Shown one piece after another: positions 41,277 to 51,365 of a stretch of 64,000 nucleotides of DNA. Source of the DNA: an uncultured delta proteobacterium (GTDB taxonomy: Bacteria; Desulfobacterota; Binatia; UBA9968). Location: NCBI GenBank assembly GCA_963755715.1, contig CAVWLW010000054.1, positions 128,001 to 192,000 of the forward strand. The letters are read 5' to 3'. The translations under genes were made by a program, and so were the position numbers. Under the pieces are notes generated by a model that was not told the origin of the DNA, did not search any database, and was given only the letters and a program-made list of their open reading frames with translations. Every line of letters begins with the position of its first letter. The first letter of the stretch is position 1.

Positions 41277-42054
41277 TTACATTAAAAGCTCTCTTAGCTT
41301 TTGTCCCGGCGCGGACGCGCGCATGAGCGACTCGCCGACCAGAAAGACATGCACGCCGAGCTTTTCGACCCGGCGGATCTGATCGAGACTATCGATGCCG
41401 CTCTCGCACACTACGGGCGTGCCGGCGGGCACGAGCGGCGCCAGGCGCTCGGTCGTCGCCAGGTCGACCGCGAAGGTTTTAAGATCGCGGTTATTGATGC
41501 CGATCAGTTGCGCGCCAGCGGCGACGGCGGCACGCCAATTCTTTCTCCGTGTGCACCTCGACCAACGCATCCAACGATAACGCGGCGGCTTGCGCGCAGA
41601 ACTCACGCAGCAAGGCCGGTTCGAGCAGGGCCGCGATAAACAGCACGGCATCGGCGCCGTAGCTCTTCGCCTCGACAATCTGGTAGGGGTCGAGCATGAA
41701 ATCCTTGCGCAACAGCGGCACGCTCACCGCGTCGTGAATTTCTTCCAGATAAGTCAAACAACCCTTAAAAAAACGCTCCTCGGTTAATACGGAGATCGCG
41801 CTCGCCCCGCCCGCGGTGTAATCCTTGGCAATCGACACCGGCTCGAAGTCAGCGCGAATCAGTCCTTTCGACGGCGAAGCTTTCTTGATCTCGGCGATAA
41901 TTCGGCGCGCTTGGCCGGTTAAGCTGCGCGCGAAGCCGCGCCTCGGCAAATGGAATAGCGGCCGATCACGCAACATTTCGATCGGCGCCTCGCGCCGCCG
42001 CCGCTCGACGACTGTGCGCACATGCTCGGCGATGGTGGCGAGAATTTGAGCCAT
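41277..42054 (-). CDS. trpC: Indole-3-glycerol phosphate synthase (frameshift ~41535)
   Basis: IAEIKKASPSKG, LLRKDF, GINNRDL, ESGI, LVGESLMR. Confidence 0.93.
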
Positions 42055-42060
42055 GCAAAG

Positions 42061-43083
42061 CTAGGCGGCGTTGGTCATTTCAACCAGTTGCGCAAGTTTC
42101 TGCCGCGCTTTCCCCGAATCGATGGATTCCGCCGCGAGCTGGATGCCGTCTTGAATCGTCGCGGCACGGCCGCTGACGTAGAGCGCGGCGCCGCCGTTAA
42201 GCAAGACCACTTCCCGGGTCGAACCTTTGTTGCCGTCCAATATCGCCTTTACGATCAGCGCGCTCTGCTCGGGATTGCCGCCGTGCAATTCTTCCAGGCG
42301 ACACCGCTTGAAGCCATATTGCTCCGGCTCGACGGCGTATTCTTTCACCGCGCCGTCGCGTAACTCCGCGACTTTCGTCGGGCCGCAAAGGGAGATTTCG
42401 TCCAATCCTTCCAAACCGTGCACGACCATCGCGCGTGCGCTGCCGAGGTTCTTGAGCACTTGCGCGATCATGCCCACCATCTCGCCGCTGTAGATGCCGA
42501 TCAGTTGATGTGTGGCCATGGCTGGGTTGGTCAGGGGACCCAAAATATTGAAGATCGTACGGATGCCGATGTCGCGGCGCGGCTGCACGGCGTACTTCAT
42601 CGCTTCATGGAGCAGCGGCGCGAAGAGAAAGCCGATACCGATTTTGGCGATGCATTGCTCGACCCGCTCTTTCGGCGCGTCGACCTTGACGCCCAAAGCG
42701 CCCAAGACATCGGCGCTGCCGGATTGGCTGGAAACCGAGCGATTGCCGTGTTTGGCGACGTTCACGCCGGCGCCAGCCAACACGAACGCCGTGGTCGTTG
42801 AGATATTGAACGTGCCTTTCTGGTCGCCGCCGGTGCCGCAGGTATCGAGCACCGTCTTAGCGCCGACGTTCACCCGGTGCGCTTTTTCGCGCATGACGCG
42901 CGCAGCTCCGGTGATTTCCCCGACGCTTTCCCCTTTCATGCGCAGGGCGGTGAGAAAAGCGGCGACTTGCAGCGGCGAAGCTTCACCGGTCATGATTTGG
43001 TTCATCACGTCGATCGTTTCCGCTTCGGAAAGGTCGATCCGATTCACCAATTTTTCAATCGCTTCGCGAATGTTCATGCCCAT
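42061..43083 (-). CDS. trpD: Anthranilate phosphoribosyltransferase
   Basis: DTCGTGGD, AKHGNRSVSS, FNILGPLTNP, GLDEIS. Confidence 0.96.
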   Translation of the reverse strand: MGMNIREAIEKLVNRIDLSEAETIDVMNQIMTGEASPLQVAAFLTALRMKGESVGEITGAARVMREKAHRVNVGAKTVLDTCGTGGDQKGTFNISTTTAFVLAGAGVNVAKHGNRSVSSQSGSADVLGALGVKVDAPKERVEQCIAKIGIGFLFAPLLHEAMKYAVQPRRDIGIRTIFNILGPLTNPAMATHQLIGIYSGEMVGMIAQVLKNLGSARAMVVHGLEGLDEISLCGPTKVAELRDGAVKEYAVEPEQYGFKRCRLEELHGGNPEQSALIVKAILDGNKGSTREVVLLNGGAALYVSGRAATIQDGIQLAAESIDSGKARQKLAQLVEMTNAA

Positions 43084-43093
43084 GACCGCCGAT

Positions 43094-43798
43094 TTACTTG
43101 GTTGCCGCAAACGCCTTCGGATAACTTTCCTTCGTGCGCAGCGTCTCCACCATCTTGTCCGCGTCGTCGCGCGAACCGAACTTACCGACACTGACGCGAA
43201 ACCATGTTTTGCCGTTGTTCTGGACCTCCGTAACATAGGCGTTGTAGCCTTTATTCTTAAGCCGATCAACTATTTGCTGAGCCGAGCGCTCATCCGGAAA
43301 AGCATTCACCTGGGCACGCCAAGTCTTGCCCGGCTCTTTCGATTCCGCAGAGGTTGTTCCCGGTTTTTTTGGTGCGTCTTCGACTGCGATTTTCTTCTCG
43401 GCTATTCTTATCGCCGGTGCTTCCGTTTTGGCAACAACGGTTTTTACTTTCGGCTCCGGCTTAGCGACTTTTTCGACCAGCTTTGTCTCACGAGAATTTT
43501 CTTCCGCTGCGGCCAGTGAATTGGCGACTCCAGATAGAGAATCATTGAAGGTGATCTCATCTCTAGGTTGGGAGGGAGGCGCCGGTGCGGCGCTCGGTTC
43601 CGCGCTTCCTGGTTTGACCGGGATCTTGACCAACGGCTCTTCCTTTTTCAGCAGTTTTCTTTCTTCGATGCTCTTGCCGACGAAAATCCCGAGAAAAAAA
43701 ATGACCACTGTCGCCAGTGTGAACGCCGCGCCGAGCAACACCATTTGCCCTCGGCTGAAGTAGAAGCGATTTTCCTTGCCTCTGCGATTTTCCGCCAT
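43094..43798 (-). CDS. SPOR-domain membrane-anchored protein (FtsN/DedD-like)
   Basis: N-terminal TM helix, Pro/Lys/Glu linker, QVNAF...WFRVSVGKF; downstream of argS. Confidence 0.85.
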   Translation of the reverse strand: MAENRRGKENRFYFSRGQMVLLGAAFTLATVVIFFLGIFVGKSIEERKLLKKEEPLVKIPVKPGSAEPSAAPAPPSQPRDEITFNDSLSGVANSLAAAEENSRETKLVEKVAKPEPKVKTVVAKTEAPAIRIAEKKIAVEDAPKKPGTTSAESKEPGKTWRAQVNAFPDERSAQQIVDRLKNKGYNAYVTEVQNNGKTWFRVSVGKFGSRDDADKMVETLRTKESYPKAFAATK

Positions 43799-43826
43799 GA
43801 GTTTGTCCTCGCGCTTCGTTGGGCGA

Positions 43827-45509
43827 TCAACTATCCGTTTCCGGGCGAGTCGCCATTTTCATGGGCGCGTCGACGCCCAGGATTTCCAGCCCCCGGCGGA
43901 CCGTTTTCTGCACGTTTTCGATCAACAACAGGCGCGCCCGGCTTAAATCGCTGTCCTCCGAAATAACCCGCGTGCGATTGTAGTAGCGATGAAACTGGCC
44001 GGCCAGATCCAACAGATAAAAAACCAGCCGATGCGGTTCGAGCTCGCGGACGCTTTCTTCCAAGACATCGTTGAACTGGATCATCGCGCGGATCAACTCC
44101 AGCTCTTCGGCGAGTTCCAGTCGCTCCACCGGGATGGCATGACGGTCGCCGAACTGTACGCCGCTTTTCGTCGCTTGCTCGAAAATGCTGGCGACCCGGG
44201 CATGGGCGTATTGGACGTAAAAAACCGGATTCTCGCTCGACTGTTTCTTGGCAAGATCCAAGTCGAAGTCCAGATGGCTGTCCGATTTGCGCATCAGGAA
44301 AAAAAAACGCGCCGCGTCCCGCCCCACTTCCGCCAAGACTTCTTCAAGGGCGACGAACTCGCCGGTGCGCTTGCCCATGCGTACGGGCTCTCCGCCGCGG
44401 GTGAGTTGAACCATTTGCACCAGAACAATCTGTAGAACATTGGGGTCGTAACCAAGCCCCTGCATCGCCGCTTTCAAGCGCGGCACGTAGCCATGATGAT
44501 CCGCGCCCCAAACGTTGATCAGTTTTTGAAAATGACGCTCGAACTTATTCCGATGGTATGCGATGTCGGCGGCGAAGTAGGTGAGCTCGCCGTCGCTTTT
44601 GACGACCGCGCGGTCTTTGTCGTCGCCGAACTGCGTCGATCTATACCATTCGGCGCCGTCCTGCGAATAGAGCAAGCCGCGCGTGCGCAATTCGTCCATC
44701 GCGCGCTCGACTTCGCCGCGCTCGCGCATCGCCTTTTCACTGAAGAAGGAATCGAACTCGATGCCAAAATCTCGCAATTGGGCGCGGATGGTGTCAAGCA
44801 AAGAATCGCCGCCATACTCGCGGAAAAACATTACCGCCGCTTCTTTCGGTTCGGCCAAGAATTGATTGCCGTGCTTTTGCCTCACTTCAGCGGCGATCTC
44901 CATGATGTAATCGCCCGGATAACCGCCTTCGGGGAAATCGACTTTTTCCCCGAACGACTCGCGGTAGCGCGCCAAGATAGAGAGGCCGAGATTTTCCATC
45001 TGATTGCCGGCGTCGTTGACGTAATATTCGCGCTCGACATCAAAGCCGGTGGCTTCGTGCAGGCGCGCCAGTACGTCGCCGATCACCGCGACCCGGCCGT
45101 GACCGACATGCAGCGGGCCAGTGGGATTGACGCTGGCGAACTCGACTTGCACACGCTCGCCGTGGCCGAGATCGAGTCGCCCATACTCTCCACGGGCAAG
45201 CGCGCGCAATTGCGCGTAATAAAATTTCGCCGCGAAGGTGAAATTTAAAAACCCTGGCCCGGCAATTTCCATGCGCGCGAGAATGCCGTCGGGATCCTCA
45301 ATGTTCTTGAGAATCGTCTCAGCGATCGCGCGCGGCGGCTTTTTCGCGCTCTTCGCCCAGAGCATGGCAACGTTGCTCGAGAGATCGCCGAACTCGCGCT
45401 GCTTCGGCGGCTCAAGAAGCAAAGGGGGGAGCTCTGACGAATTCAGCCCTCCCCCCTTCGCCGCTTTCTCAATGGCTTGGGTTAAAAGCTCCCTAAGATG
45501 TTTTCGCAT
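43827..45509 (-). CDS. argS: Arginine--tRNA ligase
   Basis: EFASVNPTGPLHVGHGR, WGADHHGY, MGKRTG, YVQYAHAR. Confidence 0.97.
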   Translation of the reverse strand: MRKHLRELLTQAIEKAAKGGGLNSSELPPLLLEPPKQREFGDLSSNVAMLWAKSAKKPPRAIAETILKNIEDPDGILARMEIAGPGFLNFTFAAKFYYAQLRALARGEYGRLDLGHGERVQVEFASVNPTGPLHVGHGRVAVIGDVLARLHEATGFDVEREYYVNDAGNQMENLGLSILARYRESFGEKVDFPEGGYPGDYIMEIAAEVRQKHGNQFLAEPKEAAVMFFREYGGDSLLDTIRAQLRDFGIEFDSFFSEKAMRERGEVERAMDELRTRGLLYSQDGAEWYRSTQFGDDKDRAVVKSDGELTYFAADIAYHRNKFERHFQKLINVWGADHHGYVPRLKAAMQGLGYDPNVLQIVLVQMVQLTRGGEPVRMGKRTGEFVALEEVLAEVGRDAARFFFLMRKSDSHLDFDLDLAKKQSSENPVFYVQYAHARVASIFEQATKSGVQFGDRHAIPVERLELAEELELIRAMIQFNDVLEESVRELEPHRLVFYLLDLAGQFHRYYNRTRVISEDSDLSRARLLLIENVQKTVRRGLEILGVDAPMKMATRPETDS

Positions 45510-46115
45510 CCGACCCTAGGCCCATTCTCTCCTGCTCCCGGCGCTGTTGCCGCCGCAGGACAGCAGTTTTGCAAGTGAATTTTGGGGAAATACTGTTGCT
45601 GGAGTAATTTAACGCAATGATTTCGCATGCGCAAACCAACGAGCCTCGCCCTTAATCACGCGACCCGTGTGACGGCTAGTCATATCCGACGGCAATATTT
45701 TAAGTATAGAATCTTGGAAATCGATCAGAATCTTGCAATCGAGTAGCGGTCGAGTTTCGTCGACGGGGTAATCGATGTCGAGCGATTAACGACACGTGCT
45801 GATTCCATACGCGGCGCGTGCTTGGAATAGAAGATTGACGGGGCGACCCACGCTTGTCGATACCCCCCGCGACGATGGCTGACGATTTGCGCAACAATAG
45901 ATCCGCCCTAAAAACCGAACAGAGTTCAATTGTGACTCCGATGGTCTCGATATCGGCTGGGACGTTTGCTTGAGACCATAAGAGCGGCGCGTGTAGACCC
46001 GGATCGCGTTTTGCGCATGGTAGGGCTAGACTCATTAACGGACGCCCGAAGCGGGACTCAGATTGAAGGCCGATGGGAAGAGACCCTGGAAAAGGGCTGC
46101 TAGGGCTCGAAGAAT

Positions 46116-46431
46116 GTGCCGGTCGGATCAAAAGAACTTCGCCGGCAACGTGAAGATCTTCTGAGCCGCAGGGTCGAATTGCAAAAAAAGTCTCGCGCTC
46201 AGGCAAGGGTCTTACCGATACCGACTCGGCTAATGGACGAGTATATCCGGCAGATGCGGCTACGAGAGAAGAAGCTTGGCTACAAAAAAGAATTTCTCAG
46301 GGAAATCTTGAAAGAAGTAAGAGTCCGTGGAAGTGAGGTAAGGCTGACTTACAGATTGCCGATGACAGTGAGAACTCCTCCATCCAAAGGCACAAACCCT
46401 CGGACAGGGGAGTTCTTTACACTGTATCAAA
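46116..46431 (+). mobile_element. C-terminal remnant of a large serine recombinase abutting the tRNA 3' end
   Basis: Coiled coil followed by KKEFLREILKEVRVRGSEVRLTY; ORF reads through the tRNA 3' end in antisense (MVEPMGVEPT); no catalytic domain seen. Confidence 0.6.
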
Positions 46432-46507
<76 letters not shown>

Positions 46508-46509
46508 GA

Positions 46510-47371
46510 TTATTTGGTCGTCTTTAAATACTCGAGCAGTTTATCTTTTAAGTCCGGCCTTTTCAACGCGTAGGCGACAGTGGCGCGCACGAAACCGAAC
46601 TTGTCACCGATATCGTAGCGATCACCGAGAAACTCGCAGCCGTAGACTTTGCGTTCACGCACCAGTTGAGCAAGACCATCGGTCAATTGAATCTCGCCGC
46701 CCTTGCCCGGCGGAAGCTTCTGCAGAATGGAAAAAATTTCCGGCCGCAGCACGTAGCGGCCGATGATCGCCATCCTCGACGGCGCGTCTTTCGCCGATGG
46801 CTTTTCCACAGTCGCCTCGATCTGGTAAAGCCGCTTCCTTGAGGACCTTGCCCTTGATAATTCCGTACTGTTGCACTTCCGTCTCGGGCACTTCCATGAG
46901 CGCGACCACCGACTCGTCGGTACGCTCGAAGATGTCCGATAGCTGACGGATACAAGGCGTCTCACTATCGATGAGATCATCGGCGAGCATGACGGCAAAG
47001 GGTTCGGCACCGACAAGATCCCGAGCGCACAGCACCGCATGACCAAGTCCCAGCGGTTTTTTTTGCCGCACCGACACGACCTCGGTCATTTCGGCAATAC
47101 GTCTAAGCATCTTGACCATTTCTGGCTGGCCGCGATCGGCGAGCACCTGCTCCAACTCGGGCGCGTCATCGAAATGATCTTCGATGCCATCCTTGCCACG
47201 GCCGGTGACGAAGATGATCTCCTCGATACCCGCATCCACCGCTTCCTGCACGACGTATTGAATCGATGGGATATCGACGATCGGCAAAAGTTCTTTCGGT
47301 ACGGTCTTTGTCGCGGGGAGAAAGCGAGTTCCCAAACCCGCCACGGGTATGACTGCTTTTCTAAGCTTCAT
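46510..47371 (-). CDS. galU: UTP--glucose-1-phosphate uridylyltransferase (frameshift ~46838)
   Basis: KAVIPVAGLGTRFLPATK..PKELLP, LGLGHAV, VEKP, GEIQLTD. Confidence 0.93.
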
Positions 47372-47388
47372 GGATTTTTCCAGTACGA

Positions 47389-47754
47389 TTAAACAACTCT
47401 CTTGGCTTTTCGCTCGGCGATTTCTTGACTGGACTTACAACTGATGCAGAGCGTCGTCACGGGACGTGCCTTAAGCCGTTCGATGCCGATCTCTTCGCCG
47501 CAGTCTTCGCAGATGCCGTATTCGCCTTTTTCGAGACGCTGCAAAGCTTCCTGAATTTTAAAAATTAGCTTGCGGTCACGATCGCGCATGCGCAGCATCG
47601 AATTGCGGTTGGACTCCATAGAAGCCCGGTCCGTGGGATCGGGGAAATTGCCGTCTTCGTCCATGTTCTCCACGGTTTTGCCCGCTTCCATTCGAAGCTC
47701 GGCGATGCGCTGGTTCAAAAGCCGACGAAAGTATTGTGCATCCGTTAAATTCAA
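47389..47754 (-). CDS. dksA: RNA polymerase-binding protein DksA
   Basis: DPTDRA coiled-coil tip, CEDC...RLKARP..LCISC zinc finger. Confidence 0.92.
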   Translation of the reverse strand: MNLTDAQYFRRLLNQRIAELRMEAGKTVENMDEDGNFPDPTDRASMESNRNSMLRMRDRDRKLIFKIQEALQRLEKGEYGICEDCGEEIGIERLKARPVTTLCISCKSSQEIAERKAKRVV

Positions 47755-47861
47755 TTTACACCCATCGCGAGGGCAAAACTATAATGGCGGTTATTATAGG
47801 TGAAAGCTGATAAACATCAACCGCGCAGGGATTCGACGAACTCCGCCGATCCGCCTATGAG

Positions 47862-48683
47862 TCACTCGCTGAAGGCAACGGGCCGGGGATGGGCCAGAAC
47901 GTAAATCTCCGTCGACTTCGGCAGCATGCCGCGATTTAAAATCAACTGAGATTGGGTGATTCTTTTGACCGGATAATGTTCTTGGGCGAAGGCGGCAAAA
48001 AGTTCGGCTTGCCGTGCCACATCGTAATGCATCGGGATCACGATCGGTGGTTTGACCTGCTCGATCACTTTGATGATGTCGTCAAAACCGAGATTGGTCA
48101 TAGCGTCGATCGGCATCATGATCACGTCGACGTGTTGCAACACCTTCACCTGTTCCGGGGTCAGCAGATGACCAATGTTTCCCAGGTGGGCAAGACACAA
48201 ACTGCCCATCTCGTAGACAAAAATCGAATTGGCGATCGCGCCCCAATTTTCACTGCGCTGACTCGGGATATTGACAATCGTGATGTCCTTAACGCTGGTG
48301 CGGATCGGATTCCAGGTTTGCTTGAAGGTGATGCCGCGGAGAATGACGGGATTGCCCGTCACCGCCCCGGTATTGTTGTGCGTAAAGTGGTCATTGCTAA
48401 CGGTCACTGCGTCGGCTTGAATGCCTGGCGTCACGTTGAAATTGGGATCGGCGACGATCTTGGTTTGACTCCCTGATTGGATCAAGAAACTCGAGTGCCC
48501 ATACCAGTTGACGAAGTATGAGCCCAAGGAAGGCGACTTCAGGCCATTGCCGCGCGCCTGAATGAATTGACGTCCCTGATGGAAGAGATGGACCAAAGAA
48601 GGATTGCAGATCGCATCGGCGATGCCGCGTAACGGCAAAAATAACGCCGCGCCCACCACACCGAGAAAGCCGCGTCGCTTCAT
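47862..48683 (-). CDS. Tat-exported MBL-fold metallo-hydrolase
   Basis: MKRRGFLG twin-Arg signal; WYGHSSFLI, DP, SNDHFTHN, HLGNIG, IPMHY. Confidence 0.82.
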   Translation of the reverse strand: MKRRGFLGVVGAALFLPLRGIADAICNPSLVHLFHQGRQFIQARGNGLKSPSLGSYFVNWYGHSSFLIQSGSQTKIVADPNFNVTPGIQADAVTVSNDHFTHNNTGAVTGNPVILRGITFKQTWNPIRTSVKDITIVNIPSQRSENWGAIANSIFVYEMGSLCLAHLGNIGHLLTPEQVKVLQHVDVIMMPIDAMTNLGFDDIIKVIEQVKPPIVIPMHYDVARQAELFAAFAQEHYPVKRITQSQLILNRGMLPKSTEIYVLAHPRPVAFSE

Positions 48684-49249
48684 TTTTCCTCCTCGATGAT
48701 CAAAGCCGTAAAGCTCGACACTGTCGTGTCCGGCCGGCGCCAGGCATCCTTCGCCAACCCCGCTTTCAGACAGGTTTGTTGCAAAAAAGTTTCTATGTCC
48801 CAGCCGTATTCTACGGCGACCTGCGGCAAGAGCACGCCGCGCTTCCTGGCGCACGCCACGTGAAGCCCGTGTTTGCCGACTTCCAGAGACAACGGCACCG
48901 ATGAACGCGTCAACGAAGAAATGACGGAAATATCGATGTGAATTTGCTCGATCTCGTCGGCGCGCACCGGCTTGACTCGGCGGTCGCGCGTCGCCGCGGC
49001 CTCGGTCATCTCGATCACGACCTCGCGCAGCGCGCTCGACGGCGTGCAAATACCGACGCAGCCGCGTAGATTTTTTTTATTGAACAGACTGACAAAGGCG
49101 CCGTAGCCGATTTTTTCCAAGTGAGGATCGCTCGTACAGGCGCCTTCAAAAGAGCGCGCGCACGCGACCCTTTCAAGCGTCAGTCTGGCAATTTCCATCA
49201 GACGCCGCTGGGAATCGGCCGGAAGGTTTACTTCGACCATGCTCGCCAC
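48680..49249 (-). CDS. AMMECR1-domain protein (AmmeMemoRadiSam protein A)
   Basis: GAFVSL...LRGCVG, GKHGL, GVLLPQVA, CLKAGL. Confidence 0.88.
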   Translation of the reverse strand: MASMVEVNLPADSQRRLMEIARLTLERVACARSFEGACTSDPHLEKIGYGAFVSLFNKKNLRGCVGICTPSSALREVVIEMTEAAATRDRRVKPVRADEIEQIHIDISVISSLTRSSVPLSLEVGKHGLHVACARKRGVLLPQVAVEYGWDIETFLQQTCLKAGLAKDAWRRPDTTVSSFTALIIEEEK

Positions 49250-49314
49250 CGAATCAGGGCGGAGTCTATCGCCGCGGTGACGGGATTACAAGAAATGAGG
49301 AATTGTAAAAACGG

Positions 49315-49713
49315 TCAGGAAGAGCAGTGCTTGCAAGTGCCGTAGAAGGCCAGTTGGTGCGAGGTCACCTTGAAGCCTTCATGGGGCAATTTGAATGGCT
49401 TAATTTCTTTTTGATTATCGACCAGCACATCATAGACGCGGTCGCACGTCTCGCAAATAAAATGTTGATGTCGTTCGACCAGCGGATCGAAATGTTGTGA
49501 ACGCCCGCGCATTAATACCTGAAGCTTCTGGTCGGCGACTAATTTTTGCAAATTGCGATAAACCGTGCCGAGGCTGATGTTCGGCAACTTTCTGCGCACC
49601 CGATCGTAGATTTGATCGGCGGTCGGGTGCGATTTGTCTTCCCTGACAGCGTCCCACACCACTTCGAGCTGTTTGGTCGTTCTTGGTTGTTTGCGCGCTT
49701 TCGACACGGTCAA
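49315..49713 (-). CDS. perR: Fur-family regulator, PerR-like
   Basis: SHPTADQIY, ISLGTVYRNL, HQHFICETC, GTCKHC; linked to rubrerythrin. Confidence 0.8.
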   Translation of the reverse strand: MTVSKARKQPRTTKQLEVVWDAVREDKSHPTADQIYDRVRRKLPNISLGTVYRNLQKLVADQKLQVLMRGRSQHFDPLVERHQHFICETCDRVYDVLVDNQKEIKPFKLPHEGFKVTSHQLAFYGTCKHCSS

Positions 49714-50285
49714 GCCACCAGATCTTCCGCCAGGGATTGTTGCGCGTCGGGAGCCAACACGGCCCGGGCCTTATAATTCGGATGATCGATGATCAGCTCG
49801 GCGCGCTCGCCGGCGCGGAACGCCTGGCGGGTTTGCGGATCGAACGGAAACCGCACATATTGCACGGCGCTGATTTTATCTTCTTTACTGTGGCCTTCTT
49901 CGAAGCGTCCCTGTATGGAGCGTTCGCCGACTTTCAGAAAGACCGCTTCGTCGATGCCCAAGAATTTCAAGAGATCCTCGCGTAAATGGGATTGGTCTTC
50001 GATCTCGAGAAAAAGCGTGGCGCTCAGCTCATCGGTGTCCGGGATAAGCTCGTTGTAAACGGCGATCTCTTCGCGAATCTTATCGAGATCGGTGATTTTC
50101 TCGGCGCGCAGCATTTCCTGAATTTGAAATGTCACCGTGTCGCGGTTCTCAAATACCACCGAAACACGGTCGCCCAGCGCGATGCGCCGCTTTTTCTTTT
50201 TGTCGATGATGTCGTTACGAAATTTCTCGCGCACCTGCTCATAGGCGGCAAAACCGAGAATGTCGTCGAGAACAATCTTTTTCAT
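49710..50285 (-). CDS. DUF3501 family protein
   Basis: FENRDTVTFQIQEMLRAE, YNELIP, KISAVQY; typical rubrerythrin neighbour. Confidence 0.85.
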   Translation of the reverse strand: MKKIVLDDILGFAAYEQVREKFRNDIIDKKKKRRIALGDRVSVVFENRDTVTFQIQEMLRAEKITDLDKIREEIAVYNELIPDTDELSATLFLEIEDQSHLREDLLKFLGIDEAVFLKVGERSIQGRFEEGHSKEDKISAVQYVRFPFDPQTRQAFRAGERAELIIDHPNYKARAVLAPDAQQSLAEDLVA

Positions 50286-50388
50286 ATCTACTACTGCAGC
50301 TTGATCCTAGGTCACTGAATCTGCACCCGTTACTTAAACGGAAGATATTTCAAGTATATTTAAACGCGCCGAATCCGGCTATTCAACC

Positions 50389-50429
50389 CTGGCGGATAGA
50401 GCGCAACCAGAGCCGGCTCCATCCGCCAG
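50389..50429 (-). terminator. Hairpin downstream of rubrerythrin
   Basis: CTGGCGGAT...ATCCGCCAG inverted repeat; no clear U tract. Confidence 0.4.
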
Positions 50430-50450
50430 TTTGTGACTGCTCGCGTAAGA

Positions 50451-50876
50451 TTAGCTGCCTAGCGTATCGAGTCCTTTAGTAAATCTCCCGGCATGAGATT
50501 TTTCGGCTTTGGCTAAGGTTTCGAACCATTCGGCCAACTCCGACAGACCCTCGTCGCGCGCGGTCTTGGCAAACCCCGGATACATTTCGGTGTATTCATA
50601 GGTTTCACCCTCTACCGCCGACTTCAGGTTCTTCGAGGTGGTGCCGATGGGCACGCCGGTGCAGGGATCGCCGACTTCTTTCAGAAAGTCGAGATGCCCG
50701 AACGCATGGCCCGTCTCCGCCTCGGAGGTGTCGCGAAATAAACCGCCGACATCGGGATAGCCTTCGATATCCGCCACCCGTGCGAAATAAAGATAGCGTC
50801 TGTTCGCTTGAGACTCACCCGCGAAGGCATGCTTCAGATTGTCATGACTCTTCGTGCCAGATAAACTTTTTGCCAT
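50451..50876 (-). CDS. Rubrerythrin (short, no rubredoxin domain)
   Basis: [38 protein letters not shown]. Confidence 0.93.
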   Translation of the reverse strand: MAKSLSGTKSHDNLKHAFAGESQANRRYLYFARVADIEGYPDVGGLFRDTSEAETGHAFGHLDFLKEVGDPCTGVPIGTTSKNLKSAVEGETYEYTEMYPGFAKTARDEGLSELAEWFETLAKAEKSHAGRFTKGLDTLGS

Positions 50877-50890
50877 AAAACTCCTCCTTC

Positions 50891-50916
50891 TTATTAGTAA
50901 TAATTACTACTAATAA
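50891..50916. promoter_or_regulatory. Fur/PerR-box-like palindrome
   Basis: TTATTAGTA-ATAATTAC-TACTAATAA immediately upstream of the rubrerythrin RBS. Confidence 0.75.
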
Positions 50917-51008
50917 AATGCTCGCGCCTAGTCAAGCGCGGCTTTGCTTTTTTTGGTGGCGCAGTTCTGTTATTTTTGCTCTATGCGATTGTGCTTTCAG
51001 CGTAAGGA

Positions 51009-51335
51009 ATGCTCATGATCTCCATCGACGATTTTCGCAAAGTCGAGCTCAAGGTTGCCACGGTAAAATCAGCCGAGGCCCATCCCAACGCCGATAAGCT
51101 GATCGTGTTGCAAGTGGACTTGGGCTCCGAGCAGCGGCAGATTTGCGCCGGCATTAGGAATCATTACACGCCGGAAGAACTCGTCGGGAAACAGGTCGTG
51201 GTGGTCGCCAATCTGGAAACCGCCAAGCTTCGCGGGCTAGAGAGTCAGGGAATGCTTTTGGCAGCGTCGGACGATGGCCGCGTGATTATCCTGACGCCGG
51301 AAAAACCGGTGCTCGCCGGCGCGCAGGTAAAATAA
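51009..51335 (+). CDS. Stand-alone tRNA-binding OB domain (MetRS C-terminal / Trbp111-like)
   Basis: ISIDDFRKVELKV, HPNADKL, VVANL..AKLRGLESQGMLLAA. Confidence 0.9.
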   Translation: MLMISIDDFRKVELKVATVKSAEAHPNADKLIVLQVDLGSEQRQICAGIRNHYTPEELVGKQVVVVANLETAKLRGLESQGMLLAASDDGRVIILTPEKPVLAGAQVK

Positions 51336-51365
51336 TTCCCCATCGCGAACCGGCCCTCACCTCAC

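Noticed and set aside
45700-46206. 168-aa minus-strand ORF
   Set aside because: No recognisable motifs, atypical composition, and it overlaps the recombinase remnant.
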